NCBI GenBank assembly: GCA_041666325.1
Contig: JBAYHC010000001.1
Span: 265,708 to 329,707 of the forward strand
Source: Patescibacteria group bacterium
GTDB taxonomy: Bacteria > Patescibacteriota > UBA1384 > XYA2-FULL-43-10 > 1-14-0-10-43-13
Direction of reading: 5' to 3'
Length of the DNA stretch: 64,000 nucleotides
How positions within the stretch are numbered: position 1 is the first letter of the stretch; each line of letters starts with the position of its first letter. This document shows positions 36,078 to 45,947 of this stretch, piece after piece. The notes under the pieces are model-generated. The model was not told where the DNA came from and made no database searches. It was given only the letters and a program-made list of their open reading frames with translations. Position numbers and translations under genes: made by a program.

Positions 36078-37913
36078 ATGAATTTCTTCGGAGGGTTTAT
36101 GCTTGAAAAATTAAAAACAAACTCATATTTTTCCTCAAACCTTTTGGCTGCAGGAATTTTACTGACCATGTTTCTCGTTGCCCTCCTCTCTTCAAAGGGT
36201 GCGTTTGGAATTCCCGGAGACTCAGGAACAGTAGATGAGATTGCTCATATTCCATCAGGCTACTCTTATATGGAATATTTTGACTACCGCCTCAACCCGG
36301 AGCACCCACCTCTTGCAAAAGCCTTAGCAGGTTTGCCACTAGCGATCGGCAACTTTGATGGTCCAGAAAAAGACTGGAGCTGGAATTCCATCAACCAATG
36401 GGAGGCAGGATGGTATATGCTCTACGAAACAAGCAATGATCCGGCAATAGTATTGCTATGGTCAAGATTGCCGATGATGCTCTTAATGATCGCACTGGGG
36501 GCATTTCTCTTCAAATGGTCACGAGAACTCTTTGGACCTCGAATCGGATTGGTGGTTTTAACTCTTTTTGCATTTTATCCTGACGTAATCGCACACGGAC
36601 GCCTCGTTACGACAGACGTCGCTGCCGCGCTAGGATACGTAATCACTCTCTACTATTTTGACAAAGCGATTACAACCAAAACAACAAGGTCACTACTAAT
36701 TGCTGCGCTTGCTTTTGGCATAGCACAACTGCTCAAGTTTTCTGCCCTCCTCCTCTTCGGCGTATTATTTATCCTTGTCATCGCGAAATCAGTGCAGGGC
36801 AAGGAGATGGGATTTTGGAAGGTATTCAAATCAAATTTCAGAGTCTATTTTCTGGTCGCGCTCTTATCACTTGCAGTTGTCTGGATTGTTTATCTTCCCT
36901 TCGTCTGGCAGACCCCAGCCGAAATCGAACATACTGTGATTGAAAAGAACATGACGACCGACCCTGGAACGCTTCCTTTGCGCAACTTCCTGCACCTATT
37001 CGAGAACAATCCGTTTAGTAGAGCGATCGGTCATTATCTCCTTGGTCTGATGCTGGTCATCGCCAGGGTAGCAGGCGGAAACGCCACTTTCCTGATGGGC
37101 GAGGTGGCAGAGAAGACCATTCGTTCATATTTCCCAATTGCCTGGCTGATAAAAACTCCCCTACCAATAATTTTGCTCTCCATCCTCTCCTTCATCTTTC
37201 TGTTGACCAAAAAGAAAGGGAGTGGCGAAAAATGGCTACTCTGGATAATACTTACCCCAATAGCAGTCTACTGGGCGTTTACCCTCAAGGGCTCTCTCAA
37301 TATAGGCATACGCCATCTTCTTCCAACGATTCCATTCGTACTATTGCTTATTGGCTGGACCCTCTCAAGAATTCAGTATAATGCCTGGAAATATTCCTTG
37401 GTTGTTTTTCTGGTGGTTTTTGAGGCTGTTCATACACTTGCGTACTATCCGCAGTTCATCGGCTACTTCAATGTCCTCGTACCAAAAGAACAACGCTTCA
37501 AATACATGACAGACTCTTCGCTAGACTGGGGGCAAGATTTACTCAGATTGAAAAAGTACATAGATGAGAATAATATCAATGAGATTAAAGTTGACTACTT
37601 TGGCGGATCGGTCCCCAGCTACTACATCCCGCAGGCTCAATCTTGGCATAGCTCATACGGGCCAACAACCGGATGGCTGGCTGTTTCTGCCACATTTTAT
37701 CAATCTTCCAAGCTCTACGGACCCAAAGAGGGTAAGTGGTCTTATCACTGGCTAGACAAGCGGAAGCCAAACGCAATTATTGGGGGATCGATACTTGTCT
37801 TCAATATCACCGATGACGACTTAATCGAAAACCCACCTGAATCACCATACCCAATAACGAAGGTTGAATACCAAGATTATTTGCAAAGCAGCACGCCTCA
37901 AATTCAACTTTGA
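36078..37913 (+). CDS. PMT/ArnT-family (GT39/GT83-like) polyprenol-phosphate-sugar-dependent glycosyltransferase
   Basis: EHPPLAKALAGLPLAIGNFDGPE loop motif typical of PMT_2; ~12 TM. Confidence 0.75.
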   Translation: MNFFGGFMLEKLKTNSYFSSNLLAAGILLTMFLVALLSSKGAFGIPGDSGTVDEIAHIPSGYSYMEYFDYRLNPEHPPLAKALAGLPLAIGNFDGPEKDWSWNSINQWEAGWYMLYETSNDPAIVLLWSRLPMMLLMIALGAFLFKWSRELFGPRIGLVVLTLFAFYPDVIAHGRLVTTDVAAALGYVITLYYFDKAITTKTTRSLLIAALAFGIAQLLKFSALLLFGVLFILVIAKSVQGKEMGFWKVFKSNFRVYFLVALLSLAVVWIVYLPFVWQTPAEIEHTVIEKNMTTDPGTLPLRNFLHLFENNPFSRAIGHYLLGLMLVIARVAGGNATFLMGEVAEKTIRSYFPIAWLIKTPLPIILLSILSFIFLLTKKKGSGEKWLLWIILTPIAVYWAFTLKGSLNIGIRHLLPTIPFVLLLIGWTLSRIQYNAWKYSLVVFLVVFEAVHTLAYYPQFIGYFNVLVPKEQRFKYMTDSSLDWGQDLLRLKKYIDENNINEIKVDYFGGSVPSYYIPQAQSWHSSYGPTTGWLAVSATFYQSSKLYGPKEGKWSYHWLDKRKPNAIIGGSILVFNITDDDLIENPPESPYPITKVEYQDYLQSSTPQIQL

Positions 37914-37945
37914 TTAAATAAGTCATCTGTCAAAGAAAGGACTAA

Positions 37946-38674
37946 ATGGATAAAGAATATTATCTGTCGATTGTTGTGCCGGCATACTGCGAGGAAGAGA
38001 GAATTCATCTTATTCTTGATGCCATTACCCAATACCAAAAGAAAAAAGAGTTTAATATCGAAACAATCATAGTGATTGACGGCTCTCCAGACAGAACAGC
38101 TGAGGTGGTCAAATCCTACAAAGATAAAATGGAGGGACTCAGACTAATCGACCGAAAAGAAAACCGCGGCAAGGGGTATAGCGTAAAAGAGGGCGTGCTA
38201 GGAGCAAGGGGAAAATATATTCTTTTTGCCGACGCTGATAATTCCACTCCGGTCGAACAAGCTGATAAATTGCTTAAATTCACCGAGTCTCACAAGGTGA
38301 TCATTGCATCTCGCTACTGTCAAGGAGGAAGATTGGCAAGGCCTCAACCTATTCACCGCGTTATCGGGGGAAGAGTTCTAAATATTATTATTCAGCTGCT
38401 GGCCGCTCGCGGCATCAAGGATACGCAGTGCGGATTTAAGCTCTTCGAGCGCGATGCTGCGCAGGAAATATTCAAGCGACAAACGTTTGACAGATGGTCG
38501 TTTGATATCGAACTGCTGGCAATCGCCCGAAAACTTGGCTACAAAGTGAAAGAGATCGGTATTACATGGTATGACAATCCGCACTCAAAAGTCAATCCAA
38601 TCAAAGACGGCCTACGCATGATTAAAGATTCTTGGGTGGTTAGAAAGAATATTATTGCCGGTAAATACCGCTAG
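37946..38674 (+). CDS. GT2 polyprenol-phosphate glycosyltransferase (DPM1/ArnC-like)
   Basis: LSIVVPAYCEEERI, IVIDGSPDRT, ILFADADNSTP (DAD) motifs. Confidence 0.8.
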   Translation: MDKEYYLSIVVPAYCEEERIHLILDAITQYQKKKEFNIETIIVIDGSPDRTAEVVKSYKDKMEGLRLIDRKENRGKGYSVKEGVLGARGKYILFADADNSTPVEQADKLLKFTESHKVIIASRYCQGGRLARPQPIHRVIGGRVLNIIIQLLAARGIKDTQCGFKLFERDAAQEIFKRQTFDRWSFDIELLAIARKLGYKVKEIGITWYDNPHSKVNPIKDGLRMIKDSWVVRKNIIAGKYR

Positions 38675-38706
38675 TGTCTAATTACTTTAACGATATTATA
38701 CAACAT

Positions 38707-39474
38707 TTATTGTACCGGTATGGTCATTATCTCTCGGCCCTCGACCACCCTGCTCAGTGCCGCATCATAGTCACCCAGGAAGTCATGGGTCAGAAAAAAG
38801 TCTCGGGCATTATCCCTTTGTTGCAGAAAATTAATCATATCATCAGTGGCTGAGTTAATTGAATAAGATTTTACTTTTGGATTTGTGAAAAAATCATCCA
38901 TTGCTTCTAGAAAATGATCAATGTCAATAATATCTCTAAAAAAATGAATGTAGCGCCAGACAGAAATTATCGGCTCCGTTTTATCGATAAAATGAAATTG
39001 TTTAACCTCTGACCTTGAACGATCAGCCAGAGCAGAGATGGCAAACAAGAATCTCTGTTTCATATCCTGATCCAAGCTATCCGCAATAATTGAATTTGCA
39101 AGGTCTTCCTCGACTTTTAAGTCACCATCAACGCGCCCAAACAACGCTTTTCCTTCGGTATAATCCGGAATATCCCCAATGACTGATTCTGCCAAGTCGT
39201 GAAAAGCAATAAAATCAGAGAGCAAATGATCGCCTGTCATGCAACCGATGACCTCGTTAAAAATATCAGCATCATAGGCCAATTGAAGCAGGTGGTCATA
39301 GATAGACTGCTTGGGTAGATTCAGGCAAAAATTATCGATTCTTGCAGCCTTGCCGGAACGTGGCGACCTCTTGAGGTCATCGATTATATTAAGTCGAACG
39401 CCGCTCCCCAAATTGACACTAGCTTTCCTTAACCCAGAAAGAGTTTTTTGGGTTATGTTATAAATATTTGGCAT
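38707..39474 (-). CDS. HD-domain hydrolase (YfbR-like)
   Basis: FHDLAESVIGDIPDYTEG HD motif. Confidence 0.55.
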   Translation of the reverse strand: MPNIYNITQKTLSGLRKASVNLGSGVRLNIIDDLKRSPRSGKAARIDNFCLNLPKQSIYDHLLQLAYDADIFNEVIGCMTGDHLLSDFIAFHDLAESVIGDIPDYTEGKALFGRVDGDLKVEEDLANSIIADSLDQDMKQRFLFAISALADRSRSEVKQFHFIDKTEPIISVWRYIHFFRDIIDIDHFLEAMDDFFTNPKVKSYSINSATDDMINFLQQRDNARDFFLTHDFLGDYDAALSRVVEGREIMTIPVQ

Positions 39475-39480
39475 GTTCAG

Positions 39481-40551
39481 TTAGACAATTAGCATGGCGT
39501 CGCCATACGAATAAAAGCGGTATTTCTCCCGTATAGCCTCTTCGTACGCTCTAACAGTTAGATCTCGACCAGCAAAGGCGGCAACCAAGACCAAGAGGGA
39601 CGACTTTGGCAAATGAAAGTTTGTGATGAGGCCATCAATGCACTTAAATTTGTATCCGGGGTAAATATAAATATTAGTATGACCGCTTGTAGCTCGTAGC
39701 TCGTAGCTCGCGTCCAGGAGCAAGTGGTTGGAAAATACATGTTCGAGAACCCTGGTGGTGGTTGTGCCAACAGCGACAATGCGTCTGTTTTCTCTTTTGG
39801 CCCGAGCAATCTGTTCTAGCGTTTCTTTGTCAACCGAAAAATACTCTGAATGAATTTTGTGTTGTTCAATCTCCTCCTCTTTGATCGGAGTAAAAGTTCC
39901 TAGACCAACATGTAGCGTAACCTCGGCCACCTCAACACCCATTTCTTTAATTTTCTTTATTAATTCGGGCGTGAAGTGCAAACCTGCCGTAGGCGCTGCC
40001 ACACTGCCCCTGTCTTTAGCGTAAACCGTCTGATACCGCTGCTTGTCTGGTTCAGTTTGTGTCGCCCTCGTATCTAACTCCTGTCGCTTCTTCACGATAT
40101 ATGGGGGCAATGGAACCTCGCCTATATTTTCTATCTCACAGAAGAAACGATCACCAGACATGTTGAAGCGCACAGAAAAAATATTATCATTTTGCTTTTC
40201 TACCCCAGCCTGTAATGCAGAGCCTTCAAACACCACCCTCATGCCCACCTTAAGCCCCCGACCGACGACTTCCCATAAGCCAGGCCCCACCTCTTTGTTA
40301 AGAAAAATCTCTACTCTGCCGCCCGTAATCTCTTTCTTGCCTATCAATCTGGCCGGGAATACTTTGGAGTTGTTGACAATAATAACATCGCCAGGCACAA
40401 GATGGTCGATTAAATTAAAAAAACAATCGTGAGAGACAGTGCCATCATGACGATTGAGAACCAATAGCTTTGAGTGGTCACGAGGCTCAATCGCCCTGTC
40501 AGCTATCAGTTCGCTTGGTAAATTGTAATCAAAGTCGGTAAGCTTCATCAC
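39481..40551 (-). CDS. queA: S-adenosylmethionine:tRNA ribosyltransferase-isomerase
   Basis: MMKLTDFDYNLPSELIA...SKLLVLNR...VAAPTAGLHFT hallmark motifs. Confidence 0.85.
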   Translation of the reverse strand: MMKLTDFDYNLPSELIADRAIEPRDHSKLLVLNRHDGTVSHDCFFNLIDHLVPGDVIIVNNSKVFPARLIGKKEITGGRVEIFLNKEVGPGLWEVVGRGLKVGMRVVFEGSALQAGVEKQNDNIFSVRFNMSGDRFFCEIENIGEVPLPPYIVKKRQELDTRATQTEPDKQRYQTVYAKDRGSVAAPTAGLHFTPELIKKIKEMGVEVAEVTLHVGLGTFTPIKEEEIEQHKIHSEYFSVDKETLEQIARAKRENRRIVAVGTTTTRVLEHVFSNHLLLDASYELRATSGHTNIYIYPGYKFKCIDGLITNFHLPKSSLLVLVAAFAGRDLTVRAYEEAIREKYRFYSYGDAMLIV

Positions 40552-40557
40552 TGGCCA

Positions 40558-41373
40558 TCAAAAATCTATTATCTCGCCTTCCTTCATTTCCCCGCTCAAT
40601 TTATCACTACCGCTGTCAGATCCTTTTAGTCCAGAACCACCGAAATACTCTGCTACATGATCTCCTGCGTCTCCTGCTTTGGTATCGGGGTGTTTTTTGC
40701 CTGTGTGGTGAAGGAGTGGTTGAACATTCGCTGAATGATCTACATAATCATGAACTCGTGGCGGCGGTTCCTCCATATGCTCATAGAATTTAGAAAGGCC
40801 GGACGAGTTCCTCACAGTCTGCCTGCAACGCTCAAGGATTTTTTCCGACTTAGTCTTCTGTGCTTCCTGTAAATCGAGTATCAGCTGAGCTAATTTATAG
40901 GGCTGGGCTACTGATTTAAAAAGAAAGTTTTCCTTATTACCGGCCGTCTGAATGTGGAGATCGCCAAAATGAATGGTCGTAGGGAAAAATCCATCGACAT
41001 GTGCGCTGACATCCTCAATCTGGCCGAGTGTAAGCTCTGATACTCTCCTTCTAAAAAAACCATTCTGTTCGATGTCGATGATACGATGATTGGTGACTAT
41101 GTCCACATCAAGATAAAAATCTATAAAACCATACAGCAACACAGCAAACATAAGCAGAATATAGCATGTAATAAAAACAATCAGGAAACTCTGTGTCATG
41201 GACGATATATCGCTTGCATAACCCTGAACCAGAAAGAGAGCAATTAAAATGGAGGCTGCAACACCGGCTGCAAAGAAAAAAAACGGCAGATAGACAAACC
41301 AGTGCTTGCGTATATAAAGGAAGACCTCTTCGTCATCCCTTTGATTTGGAAACAGTTTTCTTTTTTTGTTCAT
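40558..41373 (-). CDS. Membrane protein with bacterial PH (bPH_2/YdbT-like) domain
   Basis: Two TM then IVTNHRIIDIEQNGFFRRRVSELTLGQIEDV. Confidence 0.55.
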   Translation of the reverse strand: MNKKRKLFPNQRDDEEVFLYIRKHWFVYLPFFFFAAGVAASILIALFLVQGYASDISSMTQSFLIVFITCYILLMFAVLLYGFIDFYLDVDIVTNHRIIDIEQNGFFRRRVSELTLGQIEDVSAHVDGFFPTTIHFGDLHIQTAGNKENFLFKSVAQPYKLAQLILDLQEAQKTKSEKILERCRQTVRNSSGLSKFYEHMEEPPPRVHDYVDHSANVQPLLHHTGKKHPDTKAGDAGDHVAEYFGGSGLKGSDSGSDKLSGEMKEGEIIDF

Positions 41374-41382
41374 TTTGATCCT

Positions 41383-41580
41383 TTAGGCAGAAAAGCTTTG
41401 AGATAAAAGCAAAACGATTGATACAACAATAACCACAATAGAGGCCAATGAGTATACTACTGCGGCAGCCTTGGTCAGATCGCCGACATAACCAAACCGA
41501 AGTAGATGGTATACTCCCATCGCACTATAGACAGCAAACGCAAAGAGGAAGACCAGGTAAAAAATCATTAGATAAGTCAT
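41383..41580 (-). CDS. Small (65 aa) two-TM membrane protein
   Basis: Start trimmed to MTYLMIFYL to avoid overlap with queH; 4-nt gap to queH stop. Confidence 0.4.
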   Translation of the reverse strand: MTYLMIFYLVFLFAFAVYSAMGVYHLLRFGYVGDLTKAAAVVYSLASIVVIVVSIVLLLSQSFSA

Positions 41581-41584
41581 ATTA

Positions 41585-42148
41585 TTACTCCAAATAATCG
41601 CTGCAAAAGGCCGGGATCGAAAAACCGTACTTCTTGGCAACATTTCGTCCCATCCAGTAGCCCTTCCTAAAGTCCTTATAGTGGAATTCAACTCCACCGT
41701 CTTTTGACAGATGAGAACCAACGTCCCAGATTGTATTGTGATCGCGGTAAGGTGAACAAAGCATCGAGGAAGTGAAGACCTTGATGCCCAGATCCTGTGC
41801 TTGCTTCTTGGCCCTTTCCAGAATTAGATTGATTAGTATCTCTCTGCATCTGCGCTCAAATCGAACAGGGTCGCCAATAAACTTAATCGATTGTTTGTCC
41901 CGATAAGGAGCAATGAGCACTTCGTATTCAATCCTCTCGTATGCAGGAGCAATTAATTCTACTTCTTTGAGCTGAGACAAACCCCTGGCACCCTCAAGAC
42001 GTAACGTATGCTCTTGCATCGAGAAGTTAGGATTGAAGAAAAATAAAACCACCTCGCGCCCCTCCTTGTCTAGCTCCATAAGGAGATAGGCCGTACATGC
42101 AGCACAGCACGAATGGAGCAGTATTTTTTTGTCTTCTTTATCCTTCAT
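41585..42148 (-). CDS. queH: Epoxyqueuosine reductase QueH (DUF208)
   Basis: KILLHSCCAACTAYLL N-terminal Cys cluster and conserved C-terminal region. Confidence 0.7.
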   Translation of the reverse strand: MKDKEDKKILLHSCCAACTAYLLMELDKEGREVVLFFFNPNFSMQEHTLRLEGARGLSQLKEVELIAPAYERIEYEVLIAPYRDKQSIKFIGDPVRFERRCREILINLILERAKKQAQDLGIKVFTSSMLCSPYRDHNTIWDVGSHLSKDGGVEFHYKDFRKGYWMGRNVAKKYGFSIPAFCSDYLE

Positions 42149-42178
42149 AACCCTACATACTAGCACTCACTGACTAAT

Positions 42179-43198
42179 TCATAGTAATTTATTCTCCTTG
42201 TCAGGAGTATTGATACATAAATGATGATATGCAGCGGGCATTGATACTCTGCCCTGTTTTGTTCGAGAGATAAATCCCAATTGCAAAAGATAGGGCTCGA
42301 TCACATCTTCTATCGTGTCTTTGTCCTCAGCCATTGCCGCAGCAATTGTGTCTAGCCCAACCGGCCCACCTCGAAACTTATTTATTACCGTGCGAAGGTA
42401 TTCCCTGTCGCTCTGGTCCAATCCAAGATCATCGATATCAAGCTGATTTAACGCTTCCTTAGCGATATCTTCAGCAACAATACCAGAATGTTTGACTTCG
42501 GCATAGTCACGAACTCGGCGCAACAATCTATTTGCGATTCTCGGGGTACGTCTCGATCTTTTGGCAATCTCATCCACGCCACCCTTATCAACCGAAACCT
42601 TGATAATTCTAGATGATCGTCTCACGATTTTGCTTAATTCTGCATCGCCATAAAACTCCAAGCGATAAACAGCACCGAAACGATCGCGCAGAGGAGAGGA
42701 TAATAGCCCGATACGTGTCGTAGCACCAATCAGAGTAAAGCGCGGCAGCTCTAAGCGCATCGTTCTTGCCGACGGCCCCTTTCCCACAACTAAGTCAATC
42801 GCAAAATCCTCCATGGCAGGATACAAAACCTCTTCAACATGACGATTGATGCGATGAATCTCATCAACAAATAAGATGTCGCCTTCTTCCAGGTTAGTAA
42901 GAATCGATGCCAAATCTCCAGCACGCTCTATTGCGGGACCAGAGGTAATTCGAATATTTCGGCCCATCTCATTGGCGATGACATGCGCCAGAGTCGTCTT
43001 GCCCAAACCTGGGGGACCATAAAGCATAATATGCTCTATGGGATCGTTGCGTTGCTTAGCTGCCTGAATTAAGATACCCAGGTTTTCCTTGGCCTTTTCT
43101 TGACCAATGTATTCTGCTAACAACCGAGGACGAAGAGTTTCCTCGAATTCATCTTCGACATAAGATGGACTCGTTATTTTTTTGTCTATTTCAGGCAT
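42179..43198 (-). CDS. ruvB: Holliday junction branch-migration helicase RuvB
   Basis: [11 protein letters not shown] Walker [11 protein letters not shown], full-length RuvB similarity. Confidence 0.9.
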   Translation of the reverse strand: MPEIDKKITSPSYVEDEFEETLRPRLLAEYIGQEKAKENLGILIQAAKQRNDPIEHIMLYGPPGLGKTTLAHVIANEMGRNIRITSGPAIERAGDLASILTNLEEGDILFVDEIHRINRHVEEVLYPAMEDFAIDLVVGKGPSARTMRLELPRFTLIGATTRIGLLSSPLRDRFGAVYRLEFYGDAELSKIVRRSSRIIKVSVDKGGVDEIAKRSRRTPRIANRLLRRVRDYAEVKHSGIVAEDIAKEALNQLDIDDLGLDQSDREYLRTVINKFRGGPVGLDTIAAAMAEDKDTIEDVIEPYLLQLGFISRTKQGRVSMPAAYHHLCINTPDKENKLL

Positions 43199-43396
43199 AA
43201 AGTTTTATCGTATTATTAGATTTAGATATTCACAAAATCAATGCCCACAGGGACCCTTCTGGTCGTAACAAGCTGGTGCTTTCAGCTTATTACAAGATAT
43301 AAATAGTCGTAGCATCAGTGCGCAAAAGGAGTGAAACGACTATTACAAGATACAGATAGTCACAAAATCAATGCGTAACAAGCTGGTGCTTTCAGC
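43199..43396. repeat. Intergenic cluster of the dispersed repeat family (two copies each of TCACAAAATCAATGC, GTAACAAGCTGGTGCTTTCAGCTTA hairpin unit and ATTACAAGATA-core)
   Basis: Exact and near-exact direct repeats read from sequence; same motifs recur at 43964-44256, 47285-47355, 53640-53670 and (reverse orientation) 58512-58677. Confidence 0.6.
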
Positions 43397-43963
43397 TTAC
43401 TTTGCCAGATGCTTCAGGCACCATCTAATTTTCTCTTCAGCAGTGTCAACCTCAACCGGAACCCTGGCCAAGGCCTTTGATATCTCAAACTTCTTGTACC
43501 CTAGACCAACAAGCGCTCCAACAACATCAGAGGCCTCACCGGCACTGCTAATTATTCCCGCTACATCAATATCAGACATTTTTGATTTAAGTTCCAGGAT
43601 AATTTTTGCAGCGACCTTCTGACCAATGCCTGGGATCCCGGTAAAGAAGGAAACATCCTCGGATGATATCGCCTGTAAAATTCTCTCCGGATCGCCAATT
43701 CCGATTATCGCCATTGCCGCCTTTGGTCCAACACCATTAACAGTAATGAGTTGCTCAAATATCTCCATTTCAGTAAATGTAGGGAAGCCGTAAAGATCGT
43801 CCGTGTCCTCACGTATGTGCTCGTATACAAAAAAAAATTGCTCTGATCCGACTAAATAGTCAGAGTCCTTGACTAAGCTTAGACGATAACCAACACCGCT
43901 GGTTTCAATAATAGCATAGCCAGGGCGAGAAACGATTATTTTTCCTTTGATGTAACCAATCAT
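43397..43963 (-). CDS. ruvA: Holliday junction DNA helicase RuvA
   Basis: MIGYIKGKI...HhH motifs GIPGIGQKVAAKIILEL. Confidence 0.85.
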   Translation of the reverse strand: MIGYIKGKIIVSRPGYAIIETSGVGYRLSLVKDSDYLVGSEQFFFVYEHIREDTDDLYGFPTFTEMEIFEQLITVNGVGPKAAMAIIGIGDPERILQAISSEDVSFFTGIPGIGQKVAAKIILELKSKMSDIDVAGIISSAGEASDVVGALVGLGYKKFEISKALARVPVEVDTAEEKIRWCLKHLAK

Positions 43964-44256
43964 ATTGTGATGAACAAATCCAAAGTTAAACGGGCCTTTG
44001 ACCGATTAATCGTATTATAACAAGGTATTATAGTAATTTTCCAGTGCGTAAAAGGAGTGAAGCGACTATTGCAAGATATAAAGCAATGAAGCTTAGATAC
44101 AAAGCGCAACAAAGCCAAAGGCTTTATAACAAGATACGAGGCAATGTGACAACGATACACTGCCCACAGGGACCATTTGGGTCGTTAAAAAAACGAAGTG
44201 ACTATACATTAAATAGGCTCGTTTGCTAGAGCCAAAGATTTTCCAGGCAAGTTATC
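43964..44256. repeat. Second locus of the dispersed repeat family (CAGTGCGTAAAAGGAGTGAAGCGACTATTGCAAGATATAAAGCAATGAAG ... CTTTATAACAAGATACGAGGCAATGTGACAACGATACAC ... GCCCACAGGGACC)
   Basis: Sequence identity to copies in 43199-43396 and 47285-47355. Confidence 0.55.
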
Positions 44257-44904
44257 TTACCGACCCAGGCTGAGCCCGTCTATCTTAAAAAAATCTGATT
44301 GCAAAGCGTTGATTATCCCGCGAACGGCCAGGTCCTCCTTGTCGTCACCAACGAATATTGGATTTCCGTTGGGCAGTGCTCTGATTTTTTCATCAATCTT
44401 CTCCAGTGCGAACACCTTATCTCTCAAGAAAGGCTCGGCGCCACCAACGATTATTGCAGGCATGCCGCTTTCGAAGATCATACTATAATCTACGGCGCCA
44501 TCACCCGCTACCACTCCAGAAAAATCCAACTGCTTCTGTAAATAGAGTGCGGCGAGATTTTTATCGGAAAGTTGCGCGTGATCTGTGTCTTGCAGATATC
44601 TGCCATTCAACTGCCTTACATAAATTTCACTCCCCAAAGAAACAGCCATGACATCGAATTGCGGTAACGACTCGATGCCCTCCACCATTTCCCTCCTTCT
44701 GCCAGTGATGTACACAAGACCCCAACACAAATACTGAAGATAATTATATAACCGCCACATGTCATCGACTGTCTCTGGGCTATAGAATGTGTTGTCAATA
44801 TCCGTCAGAAGCACGGGAAAAGCTCTTTTTTGTTTCTTGTGCCCCTGACTCTTGTGCCAAATCACACTCTCCCTGTAAGCCTTAGGAATCATGAACTTTG
44901 TCAT
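44257..44904 (-). CDS. HAD-IIB family phosphatase, sucrose-phosphate-phosphatase-like
   Basis: LLTDIDNTF (DxDxT), GDGAVDYSM...IIVGGAEP motifs. Confidence 0.7.
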   Translation of the reverse strand: MTKFMIPKAYRESVIWHKSQGHKKQKRAFPVLLTDIDNTFYSPETVDDMWRLYNYLQYLCWGLVYITGRRREMVEGIESLPQFDVMAVSLGSEIYVRQLNGRYLQDTDHAQLSDKNLAALYLQKQLDFSGVVAGDGAVDYSMIFESGMPAIIVGGAEPFLRDKVFALEKIDEKIRALPNGNPIFVGDDKEDLAVRGIINALQSDFFKIDGLSLGR

Positions 44905-45947
44905 CCCTGCTCTCCCAGCGCCATCTGGTAGGCCCCAAGATAGCCTGAGGCCATCGATTCAGTAGAAAACCTCATGGATACATCATCGCGACATGTCCTG
45001 CGCTCAAGTCCTTCCACATCATACATTTTTCGTAGCATCTCTTCTGGTGTCGTACAAACATATCCCGTCTCTCCATTCCGTATCACCTCGGGAGTGGATC
45101 CTCTTTTGTATGCAATAACGGGAGTACCACAAGCAAGTGCTTCGATGAAGTAGAGGCCAAAAGGCTCCTCCCACTGAATAGGAGCCAACAATGCCTTAGC
45201 GCCTCCTAACAATTTGTTCTTCACGCCATGATCAACCTCACCTATAAATTCAATCTGATTGCCGTCTATAAGCGGTGCGACTTCCCGCTCAAAGAATTTC
45301 GTATCCGCTTGGTCTACCTTTGCTGCCATAATAAGTTTCACTCCAGCTTGTTTTGCCAAATTAATAGCCTGTACTGGACCTTTCTCGGGTGACATTCGAC
45401 CCAGAAATACATAATAATCTCCAGATCTCCCCTGATAATCGAACTCCTCAACCCTTGTGCCATTATAAACGTTGGCGACGTAATTGAGTTGGGGCAAGGG
45501 CTTGCGCTGACTCTGACTAATACTTATGTACGATGCGTCGGCATACGCCCTATACAAAGACTGCTGGTGCGCCACTCCGAGAGGGCCGTGCAATGTATTA
45601 ACTACTGGCGCATCGATGAGCTTTAAGAATGGCAACAACCGCCACCCCAAGTGGTTATGAACAATGTCGAATTTCTCATCTGTCAGATATTCCAGCGCTC
45701 TTCCCAAACCGATGAATTTATTAGTATCACGCACCTTCGGGTCAACATTTAAAGGATCGGAGCGCAAAGATCTCGAAAAAACCGGTTTAATCTTTGCGCT
45801 GGTGATTGAATCACCGGTCGCTACAAGAGTGACGTCATGTCCTCTTCTTACTAACTCTTCTGTCAAAAAATGAACAACTCTCTCAGTTCCTCCATACTTT
45901 TTTGGCGGGACAGGCTCCTCAAAAGGGGCCAGCATCGCAATTTTCAT
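44901..45947 (-). CDS. GT4 family glycosyltransferase
   Basis: EPFGLYFIEALACGTPVIA C-terminal GT-B motif. Confidence 0.8.
   Translation of the reverse strand: MKIAMLAPFEEPVPPKKYGGTERVVHFLTEELVRRGHDVTLVATGDSITSAKIKPVFSRSLRSDPLNVDPKVRDTNKFIGLGRALEYLTDEKFDIVHNHLGWRLLPFLKLIDAPVVNTLHGPLGVAHQQSLYRAYADASYISISQSQRKPLPQLNYVANVYNGTRVEEFDYQGRSGDYYVFLGRMSPEKGPVQAINLAKQAGVKLIMAAKVDQADTKFFEREVAPLIDGNQIEFIGEVDHGVKNKLLGGAKALLAPIQWEEPFGLYFIEALACGTPVIAYKRGSTPEVIRNGETGYVCTTPEEMLRKMYDVEGLERRTCRDDVSMRFSTESMASGYLGAYQMALGEQG

Noticed and set aside
43371-43622. 83-aa plus-strand ORF
   Set aside because: Antisense to ruvA and the repeat region.
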